Shown here one piece after another: positions 1 through 12,362 of a stretch of 64,000 nt of DNA. Origin of the DNA: Macrostomum hystrix (lineage: Eukaryota; Animalia; Platyhelminthes). Each line of letters starts with the position of its first letter. Within the stretch, counting starts at the first letter, position 1. The stretch lies in assembly GCA_950097015.1 (NCBI GenBank), contig CATNEN010000041.1:248001-312000 (forward strand), read 5' to 3'. The notes under the pieces are model-generated. The model was not told the DNA's origin. It ran no database searches and worked only from the letters and a program-made list of their open reading frames with translations. Made by a program: the position numbers and the translations under genes.

Positions 1-1931
1 CAGCCGCTCCATCTCTGTCTCTCCCAGCCGCTCCATCTCTGTCTCCCACCGCTTCCACTCCATTTGTCACTTCTTTTATATTTTTCCTATAGAATTCGAA
101 GGATAGAGCTAACAATGCTCTAAAAGGCATGGCGCTGCGCCCTTCATCCGTTTTAAATAGAACCCGTGCTAGATAAGTGAGCTGAATCCCTTCGCTACAG
201 TCCTCACCGGGCTTGCCAACGGCAAAGCGAGGATGCTGTGAGAAGCGTTTGCGCGGGCTTCGCTCTTATTGTGCAATTTTTTTTCTAACAAAAATGGGTC
301 GCGCGCAGCTCTCGCTGAAGTGGCCGGAGTCAGCGCTGGCGCATGACAATTAGTTGCACTTTTTCACAAGGAGAGGAGGACACGGCCTGTGTCCCCATTG
401 AAGTGGCGTGCTAATCCCTGCTCCAGCCGTTAATTGCGCGCGCGCGCGCGTTTGTTTCGGGATTTCTTTCTCTTGACTCTTCCCTGCATCCCCCGAGGAA
501 ATCAGCTTGCCGCGCAGTCCGGGATGACGCTGACGCATGCGGCGCTCCTCAGTGTTGTTTCCGCGGCAATGCTGGGGGCTTTTGATGCCGCGAATCCCCG
601 GAGCGGAGGGTGAGAGATGTTTTGCAGAATTTCTGACAGCCCTGCCTTCCCAAGCCATCTGTCAAATCCCAGATGGAGCTGGAAGCAAATGAGGGCGGGA
701 GAAAACGGCTCGGGAGATGAGAGAGAAGAATGAGGAAGGCGGCGGAATCTGGCTTTGCGATTTCGAGATTCCGGGATCTGATCTGTGGGCGGTGCGTTTG
801 GCCACGGCAGACAGTCGATTGGAAACACAAGAAGAGAGAAAGTTCGGCCTCTGTGATGCTGCTCAATGCGTACCACTGGAGCAGCTCAGGCGTTTGAAGA
901 ATGAAGGGGATAAGCTCACGAGGCTGGCAGGGGCCTTGATTTTCCTTGCTGTCTTCAGAGGCCTCAGAGAAGGCATTTGCTCTCCATTCTTCTATAACCT
1001 ACAGCCTCGATTAGCTCGCAATTTCTGGGGCTGTGGAGGCTTTGCTAAAAGTTTCCCCGACATTTCTGGCGCAGGCAAAGCTGCCCTGCCCTCCTTGGCA
1101 GTTATTGTTCAGCCTCTAATCCCTTTCTCTATCTCTCGGCTGGCCAGCTCACTCTGCGATTTTCCTCGTCATTTCCAGTTGCGGTCCCGACTGTGGGGAC
1201 TCGCAGCCATTAGTGCCGGCCACCGGTAATTGGATTTCCGCGGCGCCCGCCCTGTCCCCTGCCCGCGGGGCCACTGTGATTAAGTGCGAATGCCAGAAAA
1301 TTGTGCAACTCCGGGCTGGGCTGCGCGACAGTCGCACTCGCCTGTGTGTCGGCTCCAGAGGGCATAAGAAACTGACCGGCTCGCGAAGCACCCCCGCCCG
1401 CTCATCGCGTCCCATCCATTATCTTGCTGCTGTGCGATCTTGGACAGTTGCCCCCCTCAGTGTCCGGGTTGGGCAGCGCAGTGTTATAACAAAAACTGAG
1501 GCAAATATTCTTGCCGCTCTGGCTTGATCATTTTCGCTTTTGTTTTATTATTAAGTTAGCTTTAGGCCTCAAACTCAATGACACTTAAAGGGGCCAGTGC
1601 AGCTACACTGGGCAAACTGACAACTCAATGTGATTGGCCTGCTCGAGTATGCCCCTTCCATTTCGATCTGAGCTCTCTAGCCCTTTATTTGTATGGCTTT
1701 AAAAATAATTTTAGGCTGTCCACTTCAGTTGGCCTGCCTATCGAAGCTATTTACATGAGCCCTGTGCCTGAATTATCGGTGCCCCTGAGGACTTTTGAAC
1801 AGGTTTTGCCATGAGGAACTAACTCCCCTCTCCTGAGAGCAAAACTGAGATAGGATCATAGGTGCTTGGATTAAAACTGGAGGGTGTGATTAACCCGCTA
1901 AGACTTTCCACTTTAGAATGGCCCAACGCAC

Positions 1932-2607
1932 CGGGGGCAGCAGCGCGTGCTGCACCAGCAGGCAGCAGACGAGACCCAGCGGGCTGGTGAAATGCGGCCG
2001 AGCCAGTCGCAGGTCTGTCATGCAGCCCATGCACATGGCCAGGGTGCAGGCCACCAGGCCGATGGCCCAGTCGAATGCAGCGTCGATTAGTCGTGGCTTT
2101 CGCAGTGTCACGACGGCCACTTGCCGTTCGGCCACTGTTTTGGGGTGCAGGCCGCCCAGTGCGATTTCCTCCGGAGCCGTGGGATTCTCACTGGCCTCGG
2201 TGGTGCTGGAGTTCCAAGCCACCAGGCGCAGCAGCACCGCGGTGCGGCCCACGTTATTGGCCTCAATGTAGATCGGCGTGGCGGCCGGGAAGTCCTTGGC
2301 GGTGCAGAGGTCGCCACCGAAGTCGCCGCCACAATTTCTCTTTGGCGTGGCGTGCTGCTGCCGTTCGCGCCGTCCGCTGGCTGTGACAGCGACGATCTGC
2401 GCGTTGCTGACCATGGCTCGGGTGCCGAGCCGGTAGCCGCGGCGCATCAGCTCGGGGCAGCAGGAGCAGTTTCCACTGCAGCCGCTGGTAGCGGCCTACG
2501 GTCAGGCCCATCACAGTTGCCGGGACTGCCGTTAGTTCGCAGGCATCTTCAATTGCTGCCGTGGGTTGCCAGAGCCAAATAAGCAATAGAAGCAGCGTCA
2601 GTTGCAT
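1932..2607 (-). CDS. SLC10 (bile acid:sodium symporter)-family transporter, first coding exon with long N-terminal ectodomain; gene continues toward/beyond the left edge; one +1 frameshift at 2454-2457
   Basis: Signal peptide MQLTLLLLLIWLWQPTAA at ATG 2607. Removing one base from the 4-base homopolymer at 2454-2457 joins ORF 2263..2607 to ORF 1890..2447 and gives 225 codons. The exon ends TLRKPRLIDAAFDWAIGLVACTLAMCMGCMTDLRLARPHFTSPLGLVCCLLVQHALLPP, matching the SLC10 TM1-TM2 pattern (MGCxxD...PxG...Q+xxxP). GT donor (gtgcgt) follows 1932. Confidence 0.7.
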
Positions 2608-4619
2608 TTTCGCTTTGCTCTCTGCGTACTCGTATGTCTGAGGAATGAGGAACGTCTGAGTATGTCTGAGGACGTGTCATATAGCATTTTAAGTCAGAAT
2701 CTTTGATTTTAGTGTCAGTGAGCTGCCATCATTCGGCCAGACTTACTTTGCACTCTGCTGGCTAAGCGCCTTCTGACCCGCCGTCGTATCCTGAAGTTGT
2801 GCCAAGGAAATCGCCAAACAACAGCACGCGCACGCTAGCGCAGACAAGAGCAGAGTTTTGCGTCCAAAGGGACAGGCTGTCTGTCCGGTATGTCCGTCAT
2901 CCGGATTGCCGCGCTTTTCATTCCCTGTCCATTTTCATCTAGCCTCAACGCAGCCTCTTCTGCTCCCCGACGTTTATTGGAGGCGGCTGGATTCCCCGTT
3001 CCCTCGGTCGCCATCCACCTCTCCCCTCTGTACGCTGAGTTCCGAATGGCCCACATGGCCTGCTTACTGAGGCCTGCGTCACAGCTTCGGCTTTAATATT
3101 CAGCCAGTCAGTGGCAGCTGAGCCGACTTCAGCTACATGGCGTGCCCCTTAACAGTATCGATGTCTGGCCATTCTTTTTTCCTTTGTGAGGCGTTCATTC
3201 TGATTCTGAAAGCAGCACGTTTCATTCCAGGAAAATGTCACTGAGGCTGCCTGCTGCAAGAGCCTGCGAGGCTGTCCAGTTCAATCGCTGCACCGAAGCT
3301 CAGATCAGAGGGGGGCATTACGCATTCTCCCTTGATGCGGGACTGCAGCAATGCTAAATTAAAGATAGAAAGGAGGCACATGTCCCCCGGACACAGTCCG
3401 GCATGCTTCCCCTAAGGGCCTTTCAGTTCCAGACCTTTCTCTCCGTCTTTCACTCTTTTGAGCGGCCGGAAATTCTCAGTCGCTTTTCTTTACCTTCCCG
3501 TTGCCTTGGCGTCTGTCCGTTCTCGGCGTTCAATTTTCCGCGCTTCAAAGTCGGGCTGAAATGAATGGAAAATGAGTGCGCAGCTGCTGAAGAGTGTAGC
3601 CAGTCAGACGAGGGAGCAGTGCAGCCGTGACATTGCTCCAATGAGCTCAAGTCCCCGACTGCCCGCCTGCATGATTTGGGTCCCGTCATGCTCTGTCAGT
3701 CAAGCCTTCTCATGCACTTCACCATGCGACTCAGCTCGCCAGTCCGCCTACCTTATGAAGCCTCTAATTTATTCAGCGCCTTAATTGCGGGCATAAAACT
3801 GGTCCTCGTCTTCAGTGGGGCGGACGATTTTGCAACAATCGATTTCGATCTGTGCTCGGCGCGTCCCCCAAGCTGTGCAGATACACACGCTTTTCTCTAC
3901 CACTCTGAATATTCTATGAACGCAACCAGATTCCTGCGCCGGCGGGCAATAGCTGACCGCAACTGTGCTGTCACAGAAGCAAACTATAGTCGCAATCTTT
4001 CAACGGTGAATCGTGAAACTTAGTGCCATTGAAGCTAGTTTATCACTCTATCAGACAGAATCGGCTTGTACGAGGCTTTGACATATATTCCGCGATGGTG
4101 TTTTATTCTCACTTTTGCGATAGACAGCTTTCGAGCTGATAAGTGTTGTGTGTCAGTCACAGCCACAAGCAGGGTTTCAAAGTGTTGATTTGCATGCAAC
4201 ACGCACAGACTGACCGTTAATCACATTCTGGCAAGCCTGCGAGCCGCTCTCTTCCCAGCCTCTGCCGTCTCTCTATCCACAATCGCAATCACTAGGCGCC
4301 GCGAGCTGCGAGAGAAGCGGGGCAGCCAAGATACAAGGGCTGGCGCTGGGGGATGCCCGGCTGGGCTATAAACTGTCGGATTAGGAATGCCGGTCGTGGG
4401 GAGTAAAATAGTCGGCTGCGGGCCCTGGGGCCCGGATCAGAGCGGGATCTTGGAGGGTTGGAGGGGATCGCCTCAGCCGCCAACAGGCACTCTCGTCTCT
4501 TCATCTCAATTCGGCTATCTTCCGGCCGTCCCCTCCGAGTGGGCCGCAGTGACGCGTACAGAAATTCGAATAAAGCTAGAGACCAAGGCGGTCAGAGACG
4601 CACAGAAAGCCAACCGACT

Positions 4620-7600
4620 ATGGAACGCCTCTACCTTGTAGTGATGCGCCTGACCCGGCCCTCCTTTGTCACGGAGACGCCTCTGGTGACGTACGACCCG
4701 CGCGACCTGTTTGCCCAGCCCGCTCCCGAACTGTCGCCGCAGAAATGCGCCGCCAACCAGCGCGACATTACCGAGGGTGCCGGGCATCAGAAGATAAACC
4801 TGACTGACATGCTGAGCCTGCCGCAGAACTTTGGCAACATCTACCTGGGCGAGACCTTCTCGGCTTACGTGTCGGTCCACAACGACTGCAACTTTCTCTG
4901 CCGCGACATCATCGTCAAGGCGGACCTGCAGACCAACTCCAGCAAGGTGGCCATGACTGCCGGTAGCGCCGAGCCTGTGTCCGAGCTGCCTCCGGACCGC
5001 TCCATTGACGAGGTGCTCACTCACGAGGTCAAGGAGCTTGGCCCGCACATCCTGGTCTGTACCGTCTCCTACACTTCGCACTCGTCTGAGAAGCTGTACT
5101 TTAAAAAGTACTTTAAGTTCCAGGTTAGTTTTGGCAGGCCTCGCGCTGCACAATTGTAATTGCTTGATCGTCTGAGAGCCCTTCACGTTGGCTTTTATCT
5201 TGCACTATCAGTTCATGCACGTTAAATATTCTCAGGTTCAGCGACCGCTGGATGTGAAGACTGACTTCGCACTACGGAGACCGACGAAGTGTTCCTAGAG
5301 GCAAAGATCCAGAACATCACCTCGGGCCCGATCTTTCTCGAGCGGGTCTTCCTGGAGCCCGCGCCCAACTTCCAGCTTCTAGACACGCCCTCTGACAGAG
5401 AGGAGTGAGTGATGTTGGGTAGGGGAGTGACTGAGGAGTGAGTAGGTGGGGAGCGACTGAGGATTTACATTTGGTCGGGGAGTGATTGAGGAGTGACATT
5501 GAGACGGGGAATTACTGAGGAGTGAAATTTGGTAGAGGAGTGACTGAGGAGTGACATTGGGTCAGGGAGTGATTTGGACGGGGAGTGACTGAGGAGTGAA
5601 ATTTGGTCGGGAATGACTGAGGAGTGAAATTTGGTAGGGGAGTTACTGAGAAGTGGTTATTAGATGCTATGCATGTCTTGTGGCGGCAGTTCCGCATTCT
5701 GGACCCAGTCAGACATGCCCGGCCTTCTTTGCCCGCCCGTCCAGTGACAGCGGAGTGCGCGTCCCGGAGTGCCTGCGCGAGCAGGAGATTCGCCAGTTTC
5801 TCTACCGCCTGCGGCCGATCAGTTCCGTAGAATCACAGGAACAGGAGCAGCAGCAGCAGCAGACCGTGGGTGCCTCGGTCACTGTGGGGAAGCTGGACAT
5901 CACGTGGCGCAGCCAGATGGGCCAGCGTGCTCGGCTGCAGACCAGCCCACTGTCCACTGCTGTGAGTGCCCCACGCTACCTTGACGAATGGGATTTGAAC
6001 CTTTAAAGTGCATTTTGGAATTATATTTGCCTTGTTAGTCTAGGACGTAGGGAGTTCAGCTCTAAGTGTATTTAAATATTAGGGATTTGAGTATCCAGTG
6101 CATTGGGGTAGTGGGGATTTCAATATCCAGTGTATTGGGTAGTGGGGATTTCAATATCCAGTGTATTGGGGTAGTGGGGATTTCAATATCCAGTGTATTG
6201 GGGTAGTGGGGATTTCAATATCCAGTGTATTGGGGTAGTGGGGATTTCAATATCCAGTGTAATTGGGTAGTGGGGATTTCAATATCCACTGCATTGGGGT
6301 AGTGGGGATTTCAATATCCAGTGTATTGGGGTAGTGGGGATTTCAATATCCAGTGTATTGGGGTAGTGGGGATTTCAATATCCACTGCATTGGGGTAGTG
6401 GGGATTTCAATATCCAGTGTATTGGGGTAGTGGGGATTTCAATATCCAGTGTATTGGGATAGTGGGGATTTCAATATCCACTGCATTGGGGTAGTGGGGA
6501 TTTCAATATCCAGTGTATTGGGGTAGTGGGGATTTCAATATCCAATGCATTGGGGTAGTGGGGATTTCAATATCCAGTGCATTGGGGTAGTGGGGGATTT
6601 CAATATCTACTGCATTGGGGTAGTGGGGATTTCAATATCCAGTGTATTGGGGTAGTGGGGATTTCAATATCCACTGCATTGGGGTAGTGGGGATTTCAAT
6701 ATCCAGTGTATTGGGGTAGTGGGGATTTCAATATCCAGTGTATTGGGGTAGTGGGGATTTCAATATCCAGTGTATTGGGGATAGAGTCGGTTGAGCCTAT
6801 TGTTTGACAGATTTCTTGACATTTGAGCATGTTTAAAGCGCACAACCCGTTCCTTTCACGCAAATGCTCACAACACCAACAGGCCTACGTGAGTGATCTC
6901 ATGAGTTTATTTGTCGGTTACTTCAGTGTGGCGTGCCTTTTGCCTCAGCAATACTCGGATAGATTTTGTCTAAGTCAGATTTGAGTTTCAAAAGGACTCA
7001 CTCTGAGTCTCACTTCGCTCCCTCAACCTTGTAGGCTGACCCGGGCAGGAAGGTCAGTTTGAGGCGGCCCTTGTTCGAAACTCACAGAGAGCTCCACTGC
7101 TCACATTTCATTCGATTTTCCTTTTTACATTTTTTTCTCACAATTTTCAATACTTTTCTTTGCATTAAGAAGTGTCAAAGTTTGAAGGTAAAAATCTGTC
7201 TTTTGTCACTACTTGCAGTAGTCACAACTGAGACTGCTGTCAAATTTCCGCTTGTTTTTTATAACTGAAGGTTTTTATCGGTGGCTGGCGGGACGCGTTT
7301 GGGGAAATTTTTTTTGTTGAAGTTTTCTGAAGTTAACGGACCTCCCTGACAAAACAATTAAGACAACTGAGTCCTTTGAAAATGTCTTTTTGACTAAACC
7401 AACGTGCCCAGATACTGCCTCGGGCCTCTTTTTCCTTCATTTTGTGCACTTTTTTGTTTCTTCGCGATCACTTCCACACTGACTTCACTCCTGTCTGTCT
7501 CTGCTCTCTCTGCCTCTCCTCTCACCCTCTCTGCCTCTCCTCTCACCCTCTCTGCCTCTCTCTCTCACCCTCTCTGCCTCTCCTCTCACCCTCTCTGCCT

Positions 7601-10600
7601 CTCCTCTCACCCTCTCTGCCTCTCTCTCACCCTCTCTGACTCTCTCTCTCACCCTCTCTGCCTCTCTCTCACCCTCTCTGCCTCTCTCTCTCACCCTCTC
7701 TGCCTCTCCTCTCACCCTCTCTGTCTCTCCTCTCACCCTCTCTGCCTCTCTCTCTCACCCTCTGCCTCTCCTCTCACCCTCTCTGTCTCTCCTCTCACCC
7801 TCTCTGCCTCTCTCTCACCCTCTCTGCCTCTCTCACCCTCTCTGCCTCTCTCTCACCCTCTCTGACTCTCTCTCACCCTCTCTGCCTCTCTCACCCTCTC
7901 TGCCTCTCCTCTCACCCTCTCTGCCTCTCTCTCACCCTCTCTGCCTCTCTCTCACCCTCTCTGCCTCTCTCTCTCACCCTCTCTGCCTCTCCTCTCACCC
8001 TCTCTGTCTCTCCTCTCACCCTCTCTGCCTCTCTCTCTCACCCTCTGCCTCTCCTCTCACCCTCTCTGTCTCTCCTCTCACCCTCTCTGCCTCTCTCTCA
8101 CCCTCTCTGCCTCTCTCACCCTCTCTGCCTCTCTCTCACCCTCTCTGACTCTCTCTCACCCTCTCTGCCTCTCTCACCCTCTCTGCCTCTCCTCTCACCC
8201 TCTCTGCCTCTCTCTCACCCTCTCTGCCTCTCCTCTCACCCTCTCTGTCTCTCCTCTCACCCTCTCTGCCTCTCTCTCTCACCCTCTGCCTCTCCTCTCA
8301 CCCTCTCTGTCTCTCCTCTCACCCTCTCTGCCTCTCTCTCACCCTCTCTGCCTCTCTCACCCTCTCTGCCTCTCCTCTCACCCTCTCTGCCTCTCCTCTC
8401 ACCCTCTCTGCCTCTCTCTCACCCTCTCTGCCTCTCTCACCCTCTCTGCCTCTCCTCTCACCCTCTCTGCCTCTCTCTCACCCTCTCTGCCTCTCCTCTA
8501 ACCCTCTCTGTCTCTCCTCTCACCCTCTCTGCCTCTCCTCTCACCCTCTCTGTCTCTCCTCACTCTATCTGTCTCTGTCTCTCCTCTCACTCCCTCTGTC
8601 TGTCCTCTTAAATAATGATAATAATTGCAGGAGGGCTGCGGGCAGTGGCACATCATTTAGTGACACTAGACCCGCAGCCAGCGAGGAGGCAATTCTGCCC
8701 ATTTCGCTGACTCCTGAGCATACACGTACACAGATACTGTACGCAGGCATACGCTCACACAGGTGTGTACATCTGCCCTGACTTTCTCATCGTACATTTT
8801 GTACGAGGCTCGTACATTTTACTGTGCCTTTGAGGTTGGCCCTCAAGGGCGTAAATTGCACGACAAGCCCCCAAGCTTTCTCTCCGCGGCTGCGCCCCAA
8901 ATAAATGTGGCCTCGCCGTGGAATCAAACTTAGTGACCTTGGTGCGAGAGGCAAACGCGATAACCGCTCTGCCACCGACCCCTTGCCTCTCCTCTTACTC
9001 TGGCTCTCCTCTTACTCTGGCTCTCCTCTTACTCTGCCTCTCCTCTTACTCTGTCTGTCCTCTTACTCTGTCTGTCCTCTTACTCTGTCTGTCCTCTTAC
9101 TCTGTCTGTCCTCTTACACTGCCTCTCCTCTTACACTGCCTCTCCTCTTACTCTGCCTCTCCTCTTACTCCTGCCTCTCCTCTTACTCTGTCTGTCCTCT
9201 TACTCTGTCTGTCCTCTTACTCTGTCTGTCCTCTTACTCTGTCTGTCCTCTTACACTGTCTCTCCTCTTACACTGCCTCTCCTCTTACACTGCCTCTCCT
9301 CTTACTCTGTCTGTCCTCTTACTCTGTCTGTCCTCTTACTCTGTCTGTCCTCTTACTCTGTCTGTCCTCTTACTCTGTCTGTCCTCTTACACTGCCTCTC
9401 CTCTTACACTGCCTCTCCTCTTACTCTGCCTCTCCTCTTACTCTGCCTCTCCTCTTACTCTGTCTGTCCTCTTACTCTGTCTGTCCCTCTTACTCTGTCT
9501 GTCCTCTTACTCTGTCTGTCCTCTTACTCTGTCTGTCCTCTTACACTGTCCTCTCCTCTTACACTGCCTCTCCTCTTACACTGCCTCTCCTCTTACTCTG
9601 TCTGTCCTCTTAATCTGTCTGTCCTCTTACTCTGTCTGTCCTCTTACTCTGTCTGTCCTCTTACTCTGTCTGTCCTCTTACACTGCCTCTCCTCTTACAC
9701 TGCCTCTCCTCTTACTCTGCCTCTCCTCTTACTCTGCCTCTCCTCTTACTCTGTCTGTCCTCTTACTCTGTCTGTCCTCTTACTCTGTCTCTCCTCTTAC
9801 TCTGCCTCTCCTCTTACTCTGCCTCTCCTCTTACTCTGCCTCTCCTCTTACTCTGCCTCTCCTCTTACTCTGCCTCTCCTCTTACTCTGTCTGTCCTCTT
9901 ACTCTGTCTGTCCTCTTACTCTGTCTGTCCTCTTACTCTGTCTGTCCTCTTACTCTGTCTGTCCTCTTACACTGTCTCTCCTCTACACTGCCTCTCCTCT
10001 TACTCTGTCTGTCCTCTTACTCTGTCTGTCCTCTTACTCTGTCTGTCCCTCTTACTCTGTCTGTCCTCTGATTCACTCGCCGCTCTCGGTCTATTCTGGT
10101 CAGTGTTTCCTACCATTTTCTTTCTTAGCTTTGCTGTTCTGATATAAATCTGTCTGTCCATCTCTGTTCTTAGAGCAGAGGACATGCAGCAAAGCCCCTT
10201 GGCATCAGTGCTGCGCTGAAGAGCACAGCGCCTCAGAAATCAAGAGGAACTGCCTTTCTGTGTGAACCTCTTCTTCCGAGCCTTCCGCCATCATAGCCGC
10301 ACCGCCCTAACCCAATCCACAGTTGGCCCCCTCCGAGGACATCCGCGTCACCGTCGAGGGACGCACCCTCCGTGGTCCGCCTGGACTCGCTCTTCCGCAT
10401 TGTCTGCCGCGTCACCAACAACAGGTTCGGGCTGGTAGTCCAGGTTCTCACAGGCCACCGCCCAGCTCAGAGCTGCACTGAATAACGGCCCTATCCTGAT
10501 ACCGGAAACCCTATCCTGACACCGGCAACCCTATCCTGACACCGGCAACCCTATCCTGACACCGGCAACCCTATCCTGACACCGGCAATCCTATCCTGAC

Positions 10601-11295
10601 ACCGGCAACCCTATCCGACACCGGCAACCCTATCCTGACACCGGCAATCCTATCCTGACACCGGCAACCCTATCCGACACCGGCAACCCTATCCTGACAC
10701 TGACAAACCTATCCTGACACTGACAACCCTATCCTGACACTGACAACCCTATCCTGACACTGACAAACCTATCCTGACACTGACAAACCTATCCTGACAC
10801 TGACAAACCTATCCTGACACTGACAAACCTATCCTGACACTGACAACCCTATCCTGACACTGACAACCCTATCCTGACACTGACAACCCTATCCTGACAC
10901 TGACAACCCTATCCTGACACTGACAACCCCTATCCTGACACTGGCAACCCTATCCTGACACTGACAACCCTATCCTGACAACTATATCCTCCCAATTCCA
11001 AATCTTTTGCCTCTGCAGCAGCCGGTCCGTAAACCTCCGCCTGAGCACCAGCAATCGGCAACACGTGCAGCAGCAGCAGCAGCAGCAGCCGGAGCCGCAG
11101 GTGGCCATGCATTTCTGCGGCAAGGTTGCTCGCAGCCTCCAGGAGCTGCGGTGTGGCGAGAGCACGAGCCTCAGCCTCGAGCTGCTGCCGCTGGTGCCAG
11201 GCCTGCAGTCGGTCAGCGGCCTGGTGCTGACGGACACTCTGCTCAACCGGTCCTACGAGTTCGACGAGCTGGCCCAGGTGCTGGTGCAGCCTTGA
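4620..11295 (+). CDS. TRAPPC13: Trafficking protein particle complex subunit 13; exons 4620-5123, 5236-5404, ~5664-5961, 10323-10424, 11019-11295; two single-base frameshifts (~5269, ~10358)
   Basis: Recognisable motifs in order: [125 protein letters not shown]. All introns are GT-AG with consistent phases once the two indels are corrected (~449 aa). The exon 3 acceptor is the least certain. Confidence 0.93.
5405..5650. repeat. Degenerate tandem repeat (core gagtgactgaggagtga) in TRAPPC13 intron 2
   Basis: The core recurs several times with variable spacers immediately after the exon 2 donor. Confidence 0.75.
6090..6780. repeat. 32-bp G-rich minisatellite (ccagtgtattggggtagtggggatttcaatat), ~21 copies
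   Basis: Direct tandem unit read from the sequence; intronic in TRAPPC13. Confidence 0.95.
7490..8575. repeat. Pyrimidine-rich minisatellite, ~18-23-bp unit (ctctcaccctctctgcct...)
   Basis: Continuous array with variable ct copy number within the unit. Confidence 0.95.
8810..8982 (-). mobile_element. tRNA-derived SINE, family A (tRNA-Val-like head), copy 1
   Basis: The reverse complement starts ggggtcggtggcagagcggttatcgcgtttgcctctcgc...gtttgattcc (A- and B-box-like). The body aligns to 30590-30780, including caatttacgcccttgagggcc..aacctc.aggcacagt. Confidence 0.75.
8983..10070. repeat. 17-bp minisatellite (ctcttactctgtctgtc and variant ctcttacactgcctctc)
   Basis: Direct tandem array; explains ORFs 8905..10071 and 8918..9613. 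Confidence 0.95.
10490..10985. repeat. 20-bp minisatellite (accctatcctgacactgaca / ...accggca)
   Basis: Tandem array filling most of TRAPPC13 intron 4. One variant occupies the 5' half and the other the 3' half. Confidence 0.95.
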
Positions 11296-11519
11296 TGACT
11301 TTATTAAAGTCTATTCGCACCGATGATGACGGCCCGCAGTCTTTCAGTCACGCTGGCCGAGTCGCGCACTTCAGAGCCAGCCATAGAAATTCTTAATCAA
11401 TTTTCAAGAACCGATCCCGCTTACTGCTTTAAACCCATCTAGCATGCTTGAAATCGCTGCTCGATTTCGTTACGCCTAACGTTTATTTTTGCGTCTTGAA
11501 AACTGCAATGAGTTACTGC

Positions 11520-11900
11520 TAGAGATGGGGTGGATGTTCTTGGATTCCCTGATGTACGTACACTCGAAATTATCTGATGGGGTGGATGTTTTGGATTCCC
11601 CGATGTACACTCGAAATTATCTGATGGGGTGGATGTTTTTGGATTCCCCGATGTACACTCGAAATTATCTGATGGGGTGGATGTTTTTGGATTCCCCGAT
11701 GTACACTATAGACAATCTGCAGATAGGTGGATGGTCCTGGATTCCCGGATGTACACTCTTGACAATCTGCAGATAGGTGGATGGTCTTGGATTCCCCGAT
11801 GTACACTCTTGACAATCTGCAGATGGGTGGATGGTCTTGGATTCCCCGATGTACACTCTTGACAATCTGCAGATGGGTGGATGGTCTGGATTCACCAAAG
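11520..11900. repeat. 48-50-bp minisatellite (gatgggtggatggtcttggattccccgatgtacactcttgacaatctgca)
   Basis: About 7 tandem units in two subtypes, downstream of the TRAPPC13 stop. Confidence 0.9.
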
Positions 11901-12362
11901 TACACTAAGGATGAACTGTAAAAAGTGATCGCTGCTATGCGATATTTCTGCTCTCTTGCACTTAATTCGTAATATTACTAAAAGTGTTTCTAAATGCTGT
12001 TTCTCTGTACTCGAATGCGGTCCATGCTAGTGATATTCCCCTATTCGGGTAAAGATCGAGTTCATTCGCTGCCTATTAGCGAATGCTGCAACACTGCTAT
12101 CTATGTAGCTACGCTCGTATAACCATCATAAATGCGCTTGAGATCACATTATCGCTGTTCTAAAATAAAGTATCGAAGAAAAAATAAGGCGTTATGCCGA
12201 AAGAATTTTCGTAGCTGGCTGCAAACTTCTCTATTTTATTTACCACGAATAGTAGAATGTATTGTGATAGTGAATTTCAGTGTAATTTCAGCATATTTTG
12301 CATTTGACTGACGCGGGCCAATGAGTTTAGAACTCTCGGAATGCCCATAGCCAGCTCAGTTC

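Noticed and set aside
717-1229. 170-aa plus-strand ORF and other ORFs in 350-1900
   Set aside because: No motif; the region is probably intron of the SLC10 gene, and I found no SLC10 PGG exon in it.
6090-6780. 32-bp repeats with dyad symmetry as CRISPR direct repeats
   Set aside because: No spacers; a plain head-to-tail minisatellite in an intron.
8905-10071. 388-aa and 231-aa Leu/Cys/Ser ORFs
   Set aside because: They start inside an antisense SINE and run through a 17-bp array within a TRAPPC13 intron.
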